Below, in pieces: positions 19,077-29,134 of a DNA stretch of 64,000 bases (its first letter is position 1; every line of letters begins with the position of its first letter). A model generated the notes under the pieces. That model was not told the DNA's origin. It searched no databases and was given only the letters and a program-made list of their open reading frames with translations. This DNA comes from an uncultured Verrucomicrobiae bacterium. Lineage in GTDB: Bacteria > Verrucomicrobiota > Verrucomicrobiia > Chthoniobacterales > Terrimicrobiaceae. The stretch spans positions 32,001 through 96,000 of the forward strand of contig CAVPOC010000009.1 of assembly GCA_963706955.1 (NCBI GenBank), read 5' to 3'. The position numbers and the translations under genes were made by a program.

Positions 19077-21074
19077 ATGATCTCTTTGAGGGAAGATGTC
19101 GGTGGGCGGTGGCGCAGTTCCTTCGAGGCGGAGGTCGAGAAAATATTCTCGCCGGGAGGGCTGCTTTCAAGCGCGTCCAACTACGAGTATCGCCCCGAGC
19201 AGCAGCAAATGGCCTGCAATGTGGCGCACGCTCTTGAGTCGGCCGAGGACCTCGTCATTGAAGCTGGCACCGGGGTCGGAAAGTCGCTTGCCTATCTGAT
19301 ACCAGCCGCTCTCCATGCCGTGCGCACCAAGAGCAAGGCGGTCATCTCTACCCACACGATCGCGCTCCAAGAGCAACTTATCTACAAGGATATCCCTCTT
19401 GTTCAGAAGCTGCTGCCGATCGAATTTGAAGCCGTTCTGCTCAAGGGCCGGCATAATTTTCTTTGCGGAACCCGTCTGGAACGTGCTCTCGCGCAGGCAA
19501 GCGACCTCTTTACGTCCGGGCAGCGGACCGAGCTTGAGCGAATCCGGGAATGGAGTCTCACGACCAGCAATGGTTCGCTGAGTGATTTCGAGGTCCAGCC
19601 GGATCCTGAGGTCTGGGAGGAGGTGAGAAGCGAAGAGCATGTCTGTACTCAGAAGACATGCGCGAAAAATCCGCGCTGTTTCTATCAGGCGATGCGTCGG
19701 AGGGTGAGTGGAGCCGACATGGTCGTCCTCAATCACGCGCTCTTCTTTACTCTGTTGGGCGGCACGGTCGATCTCGAGGAGCGCGGGCACGGAGTCCTTT
19801 TCGCGAAGGATTTTGTTATCCTGGATGAAGCGCACACGATTGAAGATGTCGCTTCTCGACACATCGGCTTGGAGGTCTCCCAACTTGGCCTACGGCGGTC
19901 TTTACACCGACTCTATAACCCCCGGTCAAAGAAGGGTCTTTTCCAAGCCATGAAGAATGGGCCGGCCTGTCACGTGGTCGCCGAACTGATCCCGAAGAGC
20001 GACACATTCTTCTCCGACGTTTCGGCGGCCTGCGTTTTCAAGCGGGGACGCGCCTATCGCGTTCGCGAGCCCGGGCTCGCCGACGCTTCAGAGCTAAGCG
20101 GGGGACTCACCCGCCTAAGCGAGTTGCTCAAGATTGCAGGTGCGAAGGAAAGTAACGAGAATCGTCGGAGCGAACTCGAGGAGGCGGCGAGCCGCTTGCA
20201 AGAAGCTAGGTTCGCGATTGAGAATTTCCTTGGGATCGAGAGTGCCGATCACGCCTACTGGGTCGAGCAATACGGTCGTAACGATGCCTGGTGTGCTTTG
20301 CACGCCGCTCCAATTCAGGCGGCCGAGATTCTTCGCCGTCTGATCTTCCGCGAACACACCTCGACGATCCTGACCAGCGCCACCCTGTCGGTTGGGGGCA
20401 AGGACCTCGCCTATTTTAGAAATCGAGTGGGAGCAATGGATTGCCGGGCCGTCCAGATAGGTAGTCCATTCGACTATATGAGGCAGATGCGCTTCCACGT
20501 GGTCAAGGCTATGCCCGAGCCGAAGGATGCCGCATACGCCGCTGCCTTGGAGAAATGGATCGCCTACTTCGTGGACCAAAGTCGGGCCCGAGCTTTCGTG
20601 CTTTTCACCAGTTATCAGTCGATGCGGACCGCGGCTCAAGCACTCGAGCCACGTTTCCTTGCCAAGGGCTGGAACCTGCTTGTGCAGGGAAATGGAATGC
20701 CAGCCTTACGGATGCTCCGCGAATTCCGGAACGATCCGCAAGCGATTCTCTTTGGGGTAGACAGCTTCTGGAGCGGTGTCGATGTGCCGGGCGAAGCGCT
20801 TTCCAGCGTCATCATTACGCGACTGCCGTTTGTCACGCCAGACCATCCTCTTACCGAGGCCCGGCTGGAACGCATCGAGATGGAGGGAGGCCGGCCTTTT
20901 GAAAAATACTCACTTCCCGAAGCGATTCTGAAGCTTCGCCAGGGAGTTGGCCGTCTCATCCGCACCAAATCAGATACCGGCACGATCGTGATCCTCGACA
21001 GTCGAATTCTGAGCAAACCCTACGGGCGCGCCTTTCTCCGCGCCCTGCCGGAATGTCCGATCCAGATCCACTGA
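19077..21074 (+). CDS. dinG: DinG/YoaA family Fe-S ATP-dependent DNA helicase
   Basis: EAGTGVGKS, Fe-S cysteines (LC...CTQKTC...C), DEAH, SATL, QGVGRLIR. Confidence 0.93.
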   Translation: MISLREDVGGRWRSSFEAEVEKIFSPGGLLSSASNYEYRPEQQQMACNVAHALESAEDLVIEAGTGVGKSLAYLIPAALHAVRTKSKAVISTHTIALQEQLIYKDIPLVQKLLPIEFEAVLLKGRHNFLCGTRLERALAQASDLFTSGQRTELERIREWSLTTSNGSLSDFEVQPDPEVWEEVRSEEHVCTQKTCAKNPRCFYQAMRRRVSGADMVVLNHALFFTLLGGTVDLEERGHGVLFAKDFVILDEAHTIEDVASRHIGLEVSQLGLRRSLHRLYNPRSKKGLFQAMKNGPACHVVAELIPKSDTFFSDVSAACVFKRGRAYRVREPGLADASELSGGLTRLSELLKIAGAKESNENRRSELEEAASRLQEARFAIENFLGIESADHAYWVEQYGRNDAWCALHAAPIQAAEILRRLIFREHTSTILTSATLSVGGKDLAYFRNRVGAMDCRAVQIGSPFDYMRQMRFHVVKAMPEPKDAAYAAALEKWIAYFVDQSRARAFVLFTSYQSMRTAAQALEPRFLAKGWNLLVQGNGMPALRMLREFRNDPQAILFGVDSFWSGVDVPGEALSSVIITRLPFVTPDHPLTEARLERIEMEGGRPFEKYSLPEAILKLRQGVGRLIRTKSDTGTIVILDSRILSKPYGRAFLRALPECPIQIH

Positions 21075-21745
21075 GTCGCGCGAAAGGCAGCAAGTTCGGC
21101 TGTCTTAGCATTTTCGGCTGGGTGATCTTGGCGGCGGCCTTGACGGTTGCTCTGACGCTTTTGCTTTTTTGGAGAATGGGCGCAGAAGTCACGCAAGAAG
21201 CGCGCCGCATGGCTGAATCTTTGGCCAGTGATTTCGACCAGGTCTTCCAGTTCACGCCGCAGATCAGCGTTGATTCGGTCGTAGTGGTCGCCGCAAACAC
21301 GCCCGTGCTGGAGTTGGTGACCACACAAAGGGAGCTGCTGGTGCGTCACCGTTGGTCGCATACCTGGCTTCACAGCACCAAGAACCTCGAAGTGGAGGCC
21401 ACTTTCACGGCGAAGGCCGGCTTCGACCTTAAGGAGCCGTTTCGGATCAATATTGATCCGCGAACCGGTTATATCAGTGCGGAGCTGCCCCCGCCAAAAC
21501 TGCTATCCATGGGCATGAACGACGTTCGCGTCCTTCAGGACGAAGATGGATTTTGGAACAAATTGACCGCCGAAGACCGACAGACAGCCTTTCGTGCCCT
21601 GGAAGACAAAGCTCGGAAGAAAATCGCCAATTCAAAGCTCCTTCCCGAGGCCAGGCTCGAGGCTGAAAAGCAAGTTCGCGAGCTGATCGAAAAGACCAGA
21701 AATGCCACCAGCTCACCGACGCGTCCAACAGAACCGCTCCCCTAA
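21053..21745 (+). CDS. DUF4230-like membrane-anchored protein
   Basis: N-terminal TM, KAGFDL and LPPPKLLS pattern. Confidence 0.7.
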   Translation: MSDPDPLSRAKGSKFGCLSIFGWVILAAALTVALTLLLFWRMGAEVTQEARRMAESLASDFDQVFQFTPQISVDSVVVVAANTPVLELVTTQRELLVRHRWSHTWLHSTKNLEVEATFTAKAGFDLKEPFRINIDPRTGYISAELPPPKLLSMGMNDVRVLQDEDGFWNKLTAEDRQTAFRALEDKARKKIANSKLLPEARLEAEKQVRELIEKTRNATSSPTRPTEPLP

Positions 21746-21758
21746 AGAGCTGAGAATC

Positions 21759-22916
21759 TCACGCAAGTTCTACCCGCAGGATCCCCGCGATTCGGTCCAT
21801 CTCCTCTCGCGTGTTGTAGAAGTGCATGCTAAAACGCAGCCACTGTCCGCTGTCGCGCGCCATACGCAGCGAAGCGGTCACCTTTCCTTTCTCAAGCGCG
21901 GCGAACAGCGCGCTGATTTCTCGTCTTGGGTGACGCGCCGTGACTATTCCAGAACGCAATGCTTCGTCGCACGAGGGGGAAAGAAACTCGAAGCCCATTG
22001 CCGCCAACAGTTCATGAAGGTAGTCCCGCACATCGAGGATTGCCGCGGAAACACGCTGCCAGCCGATCTCTTGGAGCATTTCCAAGCTAGCACGCATCCC
22101 ATATGCACCAGTCACGTTGAGGACCCCTGGCTCATAGCGTTGCGCGGTCTCATGGTATTTCAGGGCCTCCTGCGCAAGAAATTGGGGTGCGCTTACATTC
22201 CAGGCACCCAGCAACGTTGGACGGCAAATCTCGAAGTTTCTCTTGGCGACAAAGACGATCCCAATCGCCATCGGACCAAGCATCCACTTGTGAGCATCCG
22301 CACTCAGGAAATCCACAAACTTAACGTCTAAAGGAAAGGCCCCGAGCGTCTGGATGGCATCGACCGAGAAGAGCACGCCACGCTCGTGAAGGAGCGCACC
22401 GATCGCTTCAACGTCAATCCGCCAACCGGACAGATAGTGGCAGGATGCCAGGGCGACCAGCCGCGTTCGCGACGACAGTTCTCGCTCGATCAATTCAGGA
22501 GTGATGAGCCCTGGCTTTTCCGGAGAGATACGGCGAATGCTCACTCCTTGCGAGATCAGGGCCATCCAAGGGTAAACATTGGAGGGATAATCATCCTGGT
22601 AGATGACGACCTCATCGCCAGGGTGCCATGAGAGACCGTTCGCGAAGAGGCTCAACCCCAGCGAAGTGGGCCCCAGCAGCGCAACCTCGGACTTATCCGC
22701 GCCGATTAGGTCGGCAGCGACTCTGCGAGTGTGATCGATGTTTCGCAAGACCTCGCCGAATTCCTGATGATTTTCGCAGCTCGCCTGCACGTGGGCGATC
22801 ATCGCATCCGCGGCGCATTTCGGAAGCGGCGTAACCCCCGCATGCGCGACAAAGATCTGCTTCTTGGCGACAGGAAAGCGTTCGAGGCGCTCAGCCTCGG
22901 TCGCAAACAGAGTCAT
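21759..22916 (-). CDS. PLP-dependent aminotransferase class V family enzyme
   Basis: HAGVTP, DAIQTLG, ADAHKW (PLP lysine), RFSMHFYN; no desulfurase Cys motif. Confidence 0.9.
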   Translation of the reverse strand: MTLFATEAERLERFPVAKKQIFVAHAGVTPLPKCAADAMIAHVQASCENHQEFGEVLRNIDHTRRVAADLIGADKSEVALLGPTSLGLSLFANGLSWHPGDEVVIYQDDYPSNVYPWMALISQGVSIRRISPEKPGLITPELIERELSSRTRLVALASCHYLSGWRIDVEAIGALLHERGVLFSVDAIQTLGAFPLDVKFVDFLSADAHKWMLGPMAIGIVFVAKRNFEICRPTLLGAWNVSAPQFLAQEALKYHETAQRYEPGVLNVTGAYGMRASLEMLQEIGWQRVSAAILDVRDYLHELLAAMGFEFLSPSCDEALRSGIVTARHPRREISALFAALEKGKVTASLRMARDSGQWLRFSMHFYNTREEMDRIAGILRVELA

Positions 22917-23272
22917 GGTTTCTTTTCCGCCTCTTCAATGAGCTTCCAGAATTCCTTCGCACTGGCGAGTTGCTCGTCTTCCTCATCCATCGGCAGATTG
23001 GAACGATAGAGGAAGTCCCGAATGGTATTCTTGTGAAGGACCCGATGAACTAGAACTCCCTCCGGATGCCTCTCGAAGTAGATACGATAGTCTTTGGCGC
23101 GGCAACGGTGCAACAAGCGGCCTCCTCGCTGGACCCTGCCAAAGCGGCTGGAATCGAGGTTGTCCAGGTCTTCGGGAAGCAAGTGGAACTCCGATAGCAA
23201 ATCGAGCTGCAGTTCCTTCGGCAGAGCCGCCATTTCTGCTGCGCTGATTGCATTGAATATCATCTGAAACAC
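22913..23272 (-). CDS. RelE/ParE-fold protein
   Basis: 119 aa; LHRCRAKDYRIYF...VLVHRVLH pattern of the RelE fold. Confidence 0.65.
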   Translation of the reverse strand: MFQMIFNAISAAEMAALPKELQLDLLSEFHLLPEDLDNLDSSRFGRVQRGGRLLHRCRAKDYRIYFERHPEGVLVHRVLHKNTIRDFLYRSNLPMDEEDEQLASAKEFWKLIEEAEKKP

Positions 23273-23351
23273 GGTCGCCCATCACGAATGGTCAGGGAAC
23301 GAGAATCAAGACTCTATTGCACCGGGTGCCGAGAAACTCACGCCTGCCAGT

Positions 23352-24248
23352 TTATGCACGTAGCGAGCTCGTCACCGCGGCAAAGCTCGGCGCCGCGAGC
23401 TCACAGGCGAGTCGAATTGCCGCGATCATGCTCGCCGGACGAGCAATGCCCTTTCCCGCTATCTCAAAAGCTGTTCCGTGATCCGGACTCGTTCTGGGAA
23501 ACGGCAATCCCAACGTGACGTTTACTCCCTCGTCGAAGGCGTGGAGTTTCAGAGGGATTAAGCCCTGATCGTGATACATGCAGAGAACGGCATCGAACTC
23601 CCCCTGGACGACCCGGTGGAAAAGCGTGTCGGCTGAGTGCGGTCCTGAAATCGCGACCGCAGCCTTCAACGATTGACGAAGGGATTGGACCGCTGGAGTA
23701 ATGATCTCGATCTCCTCTGACCCCAAATCGCCACCCTCGCCAGCGTGAGGGTTGAGGCCGGCGACGGCGATGCGAGGACGCGGGACGCCCCGACGGACAA
23801 GGAAGGCCGCGAGAAGTTGTCCGACTCTCACGATCTCCGATCGCGTGAGAATGCGGGAAACGTCAACCAGCGGAACATGCGCAGTGACCAGCGCGACAGT
23901 GATTTTGTTCCCGGTGAGACACATCGCAAAATCATCTACCCCGCAACGGGTGGCAAAGAACTCTGTTTGGCCGGGAAAGGCAAAGCCGGCGTCGTGCAGC
24001 CATTTCTTAGATACGGGACCGGTGACCACCGCCTGGATTTCTCCAGACTTGGCGAGCGCCACCGATTCTTCGAGCGCTTCGATCGCATGTCGTGCAGAAG
24101 CAAGCCCGGGTTTACCGGGTGCAAATGCTTCGCTAACGCCGATAACCAGGTATTCGACCGCCGAGGGCAGGAGTGAGCTTTCCAAAGCGGCCCCGACGAT
24201 TTCTGGTCCGATTCCGGCAGGATCGCCGCAGGTGATCCCGACCTTCAC
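23352..24248 (-). CDS. pdxA: 4-hydroxythreonine-4-phosphate dehydrogenase
   Basis: GDPAGIGPE, LNPHAGE, MYHDQGL, RTSPDHGTAF. Confidence 0.97.
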   Translation of the reverse strand: MKVGITCGDPAGIGPEIVGAALESSLLPSAVEYLVIGVSEAFAPGKPGLASARHAIEALEESVALAKSGEIQAVVTGPVSKKWLHDAGFAFPGQTEFFATRCGVDDFAMCLTGNKITVALVTAHVPLVDVSRILTRSEIVRVGQLLAAFLVRRGVPRPRIAVAGLNPHAGEGGDLGSEEIEIITPAVQSLRQSLKAAVAISGPHSADTLFHRVVQGEFDAVLCMYHDQGLIPLKLHAFDEGVNVTLGLPFPRTSPDHGTAFEIAGKGIARPASMIAAIRLACELAAPSFAAVTSSLRA

Positions 24249-24250
24249 CC

Positions 24251-25234
24251 TTAAGAGAGTATCTTGATATATGCCTTCTGACGCAGCGTATCCAACCAGC
24301 GTTCCTGGGCTTTGGTGCGTTCCTGTTGAATCAGATTTTTTTCGATTTCGTCACGAACGTCGCCGATCGGCTTGATGGTCGCATTGCGCTTCGCTTCGAC
24401 CATGATGATGTAATAGGTTTTGTCGATCCCTATGACCGGGCTCACCTCGCCAGGGCGTAGCGAAAAGGCCACGTTGGTCAGCTTCTCGTTAAGGGTATTG
24501 CGCTCAATCCAGCCCCAATCTCCCCCGGCTTGCTGCGTCGTCTCATCTTCCGAATACATCTCCGCCATTCGATCAAATTCGGCACCCTTCGCGACTTTGT
24601 CGCGAATCTCCTCGGCGAGCTCTTTCTTGCTACCAATGTCCGGAACATCGCCGGACGATCCCTCGCGAACGACGATCATGCGCAATTTGACCTGTTCAGG
24701 CGTAGCGTAAGCCGGCTTATTCTTTTCGTAGTAGGCTTGGATCTGCGTGGGAGAGATGACAAAGTTATTATCGACCTTCTGCTGACGCATCGCCTGGATA
24801 ACAATCTTTTCTCTCTCGATCTCCTTAAACTGAGTCAGAGTAAAACCTTGAGCCTGCAAAGTTCTCACAAAGGCCGCCCTGTCCCCGCCAAACTCTTGGC
24901 GAATAATGGCCTGAATCCTGTCATCGACGATATAGTCGGGGATGGCTGCGCCTTTCTCCTGCAGTTTCTTGAACTCCTGCAATATCAGCTGGCGGTCAAT
25001 GAGGTCCTTGATAGCCGAAAGGCGCATCTCCTTGAGCTTGTTCTCGAGTTCAGCGCCGCTGTAGATTTCGCGCAGCGAGCGCTCCCGTGCGCCGATGAGA
25101 TCACGGACCTGGGAAATCGTGACAACATCGTTGTTCACGATGGCGGCAATGCCATCAATCACCTCTACTTTCTGCGGAAGCGCCTTGCCTGAAAGTGTAA
25201 ATATCAGGGCGAGGAAAACTACGGCGCGTCTCAT
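24251..25234 (-). CDS. surA: SurA-type periplasmic peptidyl-prolyl isomerase/chaperone
   Basis: IAAIVNNDVVT N-domain, parvulin GGDWGWI; between mfd and pdxA. Confidence 0.88.
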   Translation of the reverse strand: MRRAVVFLALIFTLSGKALPQKVEVIDGIAAIVNNDVVTISQVRDLIGARERSLREIYSGAELENKLKEMRLSAIKDLIDRQLILQEFKKLQEKGAAIPDYIVDDRIQAIIRQEFGGDRAAFVRTLQAQGFTLTQFKEIEREKIVIQAMRQQKVDNNFVISPTQIQAYYEKNKPAYATPEQVKLRMIVVREGSSGDVPDIGSKKELAEEIRDKVAKGAEFDRMAEMYSEDETTQQAGGDWGWIERNTLNEKLTNVAFSLRPGEVSPVIGIDKTYYIIMVEAKRNATIKPIGDVRDEIEKNLIQQERTKAQERWLDTLRQKAYIKILS

Positions 25235-28200
25235 TGGCAGGGAATCGTTTCGATGCTGGATAAAATCTGGCGCAACGTAGAGTCGGGGTTGGAGCCCGTC
25301 AAGCGGGGAAACCTTCCGTCCTTCTGCAAGAGCTCGCGACGTTGAGTGAGCATCAGGCGCCGATCCCGAACCTCGATCATAGTAATCTTACGCCGTGCTG
25401 CCTCGATGCGCATCGTCGCAGTCAAAAGCGCATTTTCGGCTTGGGCGGGGAGTGGTCCGAATCGATCGCGCCATTCGACTCTGAGCTGGTCTACGGCAGC
25501 GCGATCTTCCGCCTCCGCCAGCCGGCGATAGCAGGCAATACGAGTCCGCGCATCCGGAATGTACGAAGCAGGCAGGAAGGCCCCGGCGAGCTCGTGGGGC
25601 GAGCGATTCCATCCAGCCTCCTCGGTGGAGAGGAAATCGATGCGCAGTCCCGCCGGGGCTCGCCGGCGACGGGATCTTCCGGAGAGAGTTTCCACGGCCT
25701 GCCTGAGCAGTTTGCAGTAGAGATCGAAACCGACGGCGATGAGGTGTCCGCTCTGAGCCGTTCCGAGCAAGTTTCCGGCCCCGCGAATCTCGAGATCACG
25801 CATCGCGACTTTAAATCCTGAGCCGAGCTCGGAATATTGTCTAATCGCGGAGACGCGTTTGCGTGCGGCTCCCATAAGATCGCGAGGAAGCATCAGGAAG
25901 GCATACGCCTTTGTTTGCGAACGGCCCACACGTCCGCGCAGCTGGTAAAGATCTGCCAGGCCAAAGAGGTCCGCGCGATCTATAACGATTGTATTGGCGT
26001 TGGGGATATCGAGTCCGCTCTCGATGATTGTCGTCGAGACAAGCACATCGGCATCCCCTGCGACGAAGGTGCGCATGACCGCTTCGAGCTCATGCTCGCT
26101 CATTTGACCGTGCCCAACCACGACACGCGCCTCTGGACAAAGCTCTCGAACGCGCTTGGCGACGCGTTCGATCGTTTGGATGCGGTTATGAAGGAAATAC
26201 ACCTGTCCGCCGCGCGTGCGCTCCCGTTCGATGGCATCGCGAAAAATCCGCTCGTCATAAGCGCTGACGATCGTCTCAACGGGCTGCCGGTTGGGAGGCG
26301 GGGTTTCGATCAGTGACATGTCCCGCGCGCCCATGAGGGAGAGATACAAAGTGCGAGGAATAGGAGTCGCCGATAGAGTGAGCACATCAACCTGCCGGAA
26401 GCGCTCTTTGAGGAGATCTTTGTGTTTGACTCCAAACCGTTGCTCCTCATCAACCACGAGCAGACCGACATCCTTAAATCGAACGTCCGGTGAAACCAAC
26501 CGGTGTGTCCCCACCACGACGTCAACGCTGCCGTCAGCCAACCTGGCGAGCACTCGCTTTTGCTCGGCAGCCGTCCGAAATCGGCTGAGCAGCTCGATAC
26601 TCACCGGGTATTCGCTCATTCGTTCCCGCAGCGTCTGATAATGCTGCTGCGCCAGCACGGTCGTCGGAGCCAAGAGCGCTGCTTGCTTGGCGCCCATGAC
26701 GGCCTTGAAGATCGCTCGAATGGCTACTTCTGTCTTTCCGAATCCAACGTCACCGCAAATCAGCCGATCCATCGGTCGCTCGGATTCCATGTCCTCTTTC
26801 GTATCCACGATCGCTTTGATCTGGTCCGGGGTCTCCTCGAAAGGAAAGGCATCTTCGAATTCCTTTTGCCAGTGTGTGTCTGGAGCGAAGCAAAACCCGG
26901 GCTTGAGATCGCGTTCAGCCTGCACCTGTAGCATCCGAGAGGCGTAGTCGAGAATGGATTGTCGCGCTTTTTCGCGCGTTCGCGCCCAGCGTCCGTCGCC
27001 CAACTCGGAAAGCTCCGGGTGCGTCTTCCCGATACCGACGTAGCGGGCCACTTGCCAGGCCTGATCCAGAGGCACATAGAGCCGAGCGCCTTCCGCATAC
27101 TCGAGGGCCAGACCTTCGCCGCCACCATCCCCGGGGATCATCTGCAGGCCCTCAAATCGCCCAATCCCATGATCCAAGTGGACGACATAGTCGCCCGGCT
27201 CAAATTCGGTGAAGTCGATGGCTGCACGAGTCGCCATCAACCTCTCGCGTCTTTGAGCGCGGCGACGTTGGCGCAGCGAGGACGAGCGGCCAAACAACTC
27301 TGCGTCAGAGAGGACGGCTAGCTCGGCCGCTGGGAAGACGAATCCTCGCGTAATCGGAAGATGAAGAAACGTCAGGCCGGAAACGTCAAAATCATGCTCG
27401 GTTGCGAGTTCCTGAAAACGCTCAATCTCCCCGTGGCTGCCGGCCGCAAGCGTCACAAGCCAGCCTGCGCCTTGCCACTCTTCGATCTGACGAAACAGTC
27501 GGTCGCGCCTGACTGCATCAAGAACAAGATCGCCGGCGTCGAATTCTCCAAACGGCTGGGGAAACAGCGAAGTCCGCTCGTCTTCCCCCTCTGCCGAGAT
27601 TCGAAAATCAGACCGCTCCTGGCTACCTGCCAGATCAATGATGAGGTCTTGGCTTCTGAGGTAGCTTCGTAGGGGACTCTGTTCCGCCTGGAACTTTCCC
27701 GCCAAGATTTCGCAAGAATCCTCTTCTTTGATCGAAACCTGGCTATCCGGATCAAAATTTCGGATCGAATCGACGATCACATCGTCAAGCTCGACTCGCA
27801 CTGGGAGTGCGGCTTGCCAGGAAAACACGTCCATGATGCCGCCGCGGATTGAGAACTGCCCGCGAGCGGCCACTTGGGAAACACGCTCGTACCCTGAATG
27901 GACCAGACTTTCGGCTGCTTCCGTCAAAATAAGCTTATCGCCCGTGGCTAGGCTAAAGAGTGCTCCAGTCAAAGCGAATGCAGAGGGAACGTTCTGATCC
28001 CACTGCGCCGAGTGGACAACGAGGGGTCCAATCGGACGGTCTTTTGCCAACAGTCCCAAGATCTCGAGTCGCTCCGCGACGGTTTCAGGATCGCGCAGCA
28101 CTTCCCCTGCGAAGGCCTCCCATTCCGGCAACAAGCGCGCGGCGGGGAGCCACGCCGCCAGTTCGGAAGCAAATTCTTCTTGCTTGCGAACATCAGAACA

Positions 28201-28359
28201 AACAACCCAAACCCGCCGCTCTTCCACCGCGCGGGCAAGGCATGCCACTACAAAAGGTTGCGCGGCTTCGGCGACATCGGGAAAAATCGTCTTCTTCCCG
28301 TCTCCAAGCGCAGCAAAGGCGCGCGCGAAGATCGCTTCACTTTCGGAGAATTCTTTCAC
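25231..28359 (-). CDS. mfd: Transcription-repair coupling factor
   Basis: VVHLDHGIGRF, GDVGFGKT, DEEQRFGV, QLRGRVGR, DLEIRGAGNLLG. Confidence 0.97.
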   Translation of the reverse strand: MKEFSESEAIFARAFAALGDGKKTIFPDVAEAAQPFVVACLARAVEERRVWVVCSDVRKQEEFASELAAWLPAARLLPEWEAFAGEVLRDPETVAERLEILGLLAKDRPIGPLVVHSAQWDQNVPSAFALTGALFSLATGDKLILTEAAESLVHSGYERVSQVAARGQFSIRGGIMDVFSWQAALPVRVELDDVIVDSIRNFDPDSQVSIKEEDSCEILAGKFQAEQSPLRSYLRSQDLIIDLAGSQERSDFRISAEGEDERTSLFPQPFGEFDAGDLVLDAVRRDRLFRQIEEWQGAGWLVTLAAGSHGEIERFQELATEHDFDVSGLTFLHLPITRGFVFPAAELAVLSDAELFGRSSSLRQRRRAQRRERLMATRAAIDFTEFEPGDYVVHLDHGIGRFEGLQMIPGDGGGEGLALEYAEGARLYVPLDQAWQVARYVGIGKTHPELSELGDGRWARTREKARQSILDYASRMLQVQAERDLKPGFCFAPDTHWQKEFEDAFPFEETPDQIKAIVDTKEDMESERPMDRLICGDVGFGKTEVAIRAIFKAVMGAKQAALLAPTTVLAQQHYQTLRERMSEYPVSIELLSRFRTAAEQKRVLARLADGSVDVVVGTHRLVSPDVRFKDVGLLVVDEEQRFGVKHKDLLKERFRQVDVLTLSATPIPRTLYLSLMGARDMSLIETPPPNRQPVETIVSAYDERIFRDAIERERTRGGQVYFLHNRIQTIERVAKRVRELCPEARVVVGHGQMSEHELEAVMRTFVAGDADVLVSTTIIESGLDIPNANTIVIDRADLFGLADLYQLRGRVGRSQTKAYAFLMLPRDLMGAARKRVSAIRQYSELGSGFKVAMRDLEIRGAGNLLGTAQSGHLIAVGFDLYCKLLRQAVETLSGRSRRRRAPAGLRIDFLSTEEAGWNRSPHELAGAFLPASYIPDARTRIACYRRLAEAEDRAAVDQLRVEWRDRFGPLPAQAENALLTATMRIEAARRKITMIEVRDRRLMLTQRRELLQKDGRFPRLTGSNPDSTLRQILSSIETIPCQ

Positions 28360-29134
28360 GGTACATCCCGGCCAGCGCTTCACCAGTGCCGCGAGAAGGC
28401 AAACGGCGACCCTCAATATGGGAAACGGGCATCACGCCGAGCCTGCTATTGGTCAGGAAGCATTCCTCGGCCCCGCTGATATTGTCGAGCGTCAAGCGCC
28501 CCTCCCGAACTGAGGTCATTCTCGTAATCCATTGACGCACCACTCCCTGGCGCGCTCCGATGTCCGCCTCGGGGGTCTGCAGAATGCCCTCGATAAGAAA
28601 GAAAACGTTCGCCATCGCTGCGGAAATCACAACTCTCTCGATGTTCACAATCAGCGTCTCGTCAAATCCATTTTCTCGTGCGAGGGAGAGCGCTCTCACG
28701 TTTGGCCAGTAGTTTCCGGTTTTCCACCCAGCCAGCACAGTCACAAAGGGGGCCGTCGTGACCCCCAATCGAAAGCCTCGCGTGATCTCCACTGGTTCAG
28801 GAAACTTTACCGGCTCGAAATAGGCGAATGTCCGCTGATGCAAAGCGGAACCGATAAGAGCGCCGTCCCCAGCCGTAACGTAGATTCGCAGTAACCCGTC
28901 CGGAAGATTTGCCAGTTCGCTGACGGGAAGGACGGTTTCCGACTGAAATCCTGCCGCCGTGCAAGCTGCTGATAAAGCCGCCAAGTGCTCCTCGAGAAAA
29001 AGCATCCGGCCATTCCGCACAGCGACTGTTTCAAAGACGCTCATCCCGTAACGAAATCCGCGGTCGGAAATCGGAACGTCGGCCCCTTCGCGGAAAGACC
29101 CCTCAACAAGTGTCCAGGCGTGAACGCCCTTCAC
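28337..29134 (-). CDS. Aminotransferase class IV (aminodeoxychorismate lyase / D-amino acid aminotransferase-like)
   Basis: DRGFRYGMSVFET, WKTGNY, FLTNS. Confidence 0.88.
   Translation of the reverse strand: MKGVHAWTLVEGSFREGADVPISDRGFRYGMSVFETVAVRNGRMLFLEEHLAALSAACTAAGFQSETVLPVSELANLPDGLLRIYVTAGDGALIGSALHQRTFAYFEPVKFPEPVEITRGFRLGVTTAPFVTVLAGWKTGNYWPNVRALSLARENGFDETLIVNIERVVISAAMANVFFLIEGILQTPEADIGARQGVVRQWITRMTSVREGRLTLDNISGAEECFLTNSRLGVMPVSHIEGRRLPSRGTGEALAGMYRERILRK

Noticed and set aside
21759..22916. Second cysteine desulfurase
   Set aside because: Lacks the C-terminal persulfide Cys motif (SxGSAC or RxGxHC)
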